IMG/VR virus record: IMGVR_UViG_3300029742_000285 | Location: 65,475 to 90,437 of that record | Strand: one strand, 5' to 3' | Origin: a virus | Lineage: Duplodnaviria; Heunggongvirae; Uroviricota; Caudoviricetes | DNA length: 24,963 bases | Shown here: positions 23,273-24,963 of the stretch, piece by piece | How positions within the stretch are numbered: the stretch's first letter is position 1 | How the letters are laid out: each line of letters opens with the position of its first letter | Notes under the pieces: generated by a model | The model's input: only the letters and a program-made list of their open reading frames with translations | What the model was told of the DNA's origin: nothing | Databases searched by the model: none | Made by a program: the position numbers and the translations under genes

Positions 23273-24963
23273 ATATAATAAATAGTGTTGTTCGAGGTCC
23301 CCTCCCTCGCACAAAAAGAAACCGGTACAAAATGAGTACACCCCTGATAGACATTCCTACGGGTTGGGACCCGCAGGCTAAGCAAAGCCGCACTGTGGCT
23401 TTGCTTGCGGCATAAATGCCGCCGCCTTGTTCGAGATCCCCTCCCTCGCACAAAAAGAAAAACCAGCACACAATGTGTACTGGTTTTTGGTGCAGTAAAG
23501 CAATCCAAATCCGAACCATTTTCTTTTGATGCGGCTTGAGCCGCTTCCTCAAACGTGATGGTCTGTGTACCTTCTTTATAGTTAAAGGTTATCAAAACCT
23601 TATCATCGTACAGATAAATCGAATTGATGAACGTATCCACCAACGCCTGCCGCTGGTCTTTCAGGCTCATGTCCAATTTACGGAACCTCATCAGCCAGAA
23701 ACGGATAAATTCCTCTTTGATCTTGGGCTTTGCCAGCTTTTCTTCCGCAATGCGGGCTTCAAGCTCTCGCTTGGTTTCTTCGAGCTGCTCCAGCCGCTCC
23801 TTGGTGGAACTGGTGAGGATTCCGGCCTGAATCGCGTTGAGCATATTCTGGATACCTGATTCCGCATCCCTGAGCTGCTTCTCATAGAGGGGAAGGTTGG
23901 TGTTCTCCCGGTCTTGCAGTTCCATGACTTTGGCGATGATGGATTCCATGGCGGCATCGTCCCGGACAAGCTGCATGGTCTGGTTGACCACCAGATCTTC
24001 CAGCCACTGTTTGCGGACGGTTTTCTTCTTGCAGCCCTTCTTCTTTTTGGCAGTGGCACATTTATAGTAGCGGTGGACTTCTCCCGTCCGGCTCGTACCG
24101 CTTTCGCCAAACATCAGCGCACCGCAGCAGCCACAGTGCAGCTTGGTTGTCAGCAGGTAATCGTCCTCTGCCTTTCTCCGGGCAGGGGCTTTCTTGTTTT
24201 TGGCAATCTTTTCCTGCACATCATCGAACAGTTCCAGCGGCACGATGGGCGGAATCGCATCCGGCACGACCACATCCCGGAATTTCAGTTCTCCGATATA
24301 ACGCCGGTTTTTGAGCATGTGCTCCACGCTGTTGTAAGTAAATTCGCCTCCGACCGGGTTCTTGATGCCGTTTTCATTCAACCAGTCCCGAATCTCTTTC
24401 ATCGTAAGGCCATCCCGATACTTCGTGAACGATTCCAGCACGAAAGGGGAGGCAAGCGGGTCGATGTGAAATTTCCGCTCGGAATCCAGCGTATATCCAA
24501 ACGTTCCACGACCACCGTTGCAGCGGCCTTTCAGGATGTTCTCTGTCTGTCCACGGACAACCTTTTCGGCAAGGTCGGCAGAGTAGTATTCTGCATAGCC
24601 CTCCAGAACCGATTCCAGAATGATACCCTCTGGCCCCTCGGAGATGATCTCCGTAGCTGACATGAGCTTGACACCGTTCTTCTTCAGCTGGGTTTTATAC
24701 CGGGCACTATCGTAGCGATTCCGGGCAAAACGGTCAAGTTTCCAGACCAGTACAATATCAAACAGCTTCTTGTCGCTGTCCTTGATCATCTGCTGAAACT
24801 GCGGGCGGTTGTCCGTCTTAGCAGAGATGGCACGGTCAATGTAGTGCTTGACGATAGTGATGCCATTTTTCTCGGCATACGCCGTACATTCACGAATCTG
24901 ACCCTCAATGGATTCTTCGCGCTGGTTATCACTGGAATAGCGGGCGTAAATCACGGCGGTCAT
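23251..24963 (-). CDS. Large serine recombinase of a second mobile element; about 78 C-terminal codons probably read through the att junction
   Basis: AVIYARYSSDNQ...SIEGQ, VWKLDRFARN, recombinase domain, and zinc ribbon (CGCCG...YYKC). The ATG is at the very edge of the window. Confidence 0.92.
   Translation of the reverse strand: MTAVIYARYSSDNQREESIEGQIRECTAYAEKNGITIVKHYIDRAISAKTDNRPQFQQMIKDSDKKLFDIVLVWKLDRFARNRYDSARYKTQLKKNGVKLMSATEIISEGPEGIILESVLEGYAEYYSADLAEKVVRGQTENILKGRCNGGRGTFGYTLDSERKFHIDPLASPFVLESFTKYRDGLTMKEIRDWLNENGIKNPVGGEFTYNSVEHMLKNRRYIGELKFRDVVVPDAIPPIVPLELFDDVQEKIAKNKKAPARRKAEDDYLLTTKLHCGCCGALMFGESGTSRTGEVHRYYKCATAKKKKGCKKKTVRKQWLEDLVVNQTMQLVRDDAAMESIIAKVMELQDRENTNLPLYEKQLRDAESGIQNMLNAIQAGILTSSTKERLEQLEETKRELEARIAEEKLAKPKIKEEFIRFWLMRFRKLDMSLKDQRQALVDTFINSIYLYDDKVLITFNYKEGTQTITFEEAAQAASKENGSDLDCFTAPKTSTHCVLVFLFVRGRGSRTRRRHLCRKQSHSAALLSLRVPTRRNVYQGCTHFVPVSFCAREGTSNNTIYYIRKRDEF
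23288..23460. repeat. Two 34-bp direct repeats (23288-23321 and 23427-23460) with one mismatch
   Basis: TTGTTCGAG(G/A)TCCCCTCCCTCGCACAAAAAGAAA, resembling a tRNA 3' end. Confidence 0.85.

Noticed and set aside
23288..23460. 34-bp direct repeats as a mini CRISPR array
   Set aside because: Only two copies, a 105-bp spacer, similarity extending beyond the repeat, tRNA-end-like sequence, and no cas genes.

Overview
Most of the window (1 to about 23,226) is the right-hand part of a GC-rich temperate phage (prophage). Gene content and AGGAGG-type ribosome-binding sites suggest a gut Clostridia host such as Oscillospiraceae or Faecalibacterium; this is inference. On the minus strand, left to right, are: the start of the major capsid gene, a GP20-type scaffold, a tRNA-Trp(CCA), a MuF-like minor head protein with a C-terminal HExxH domain plus an unannotated 52-aa partner ORF, portal, terminase, HNH, a 480-nt structured late leader, an ArpU/RinA-like activator, a replication module (primase-helicase, DUF669, SF2 helicase, RecU-like nuclease, Sak4-like ATPase) and small early genes including Rha. 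Two AT-richer, oppositely oriented, defence-like genes (Abi-alpha/DUF4393 and HEPN-type DUF4145) interrupt the early operon. Between them lies a hammerhead-ribozyme-like fold. The switch region has divergent sigma-A promoters, three TAGC-N3-GCTA operators, a short HTH repressor and a convergent unannotated 34-aa ORF that may be an anti-repressor. A secreted protein gene and a tyrosine integrase broken by a 7-bp tandem duplication follow, then an att site resembling a tRNA 3' end. The last 1.5 kb is a large serine recombinase from a second mobile element. All family assignments come from motif recognition by eye; no database searches were run.
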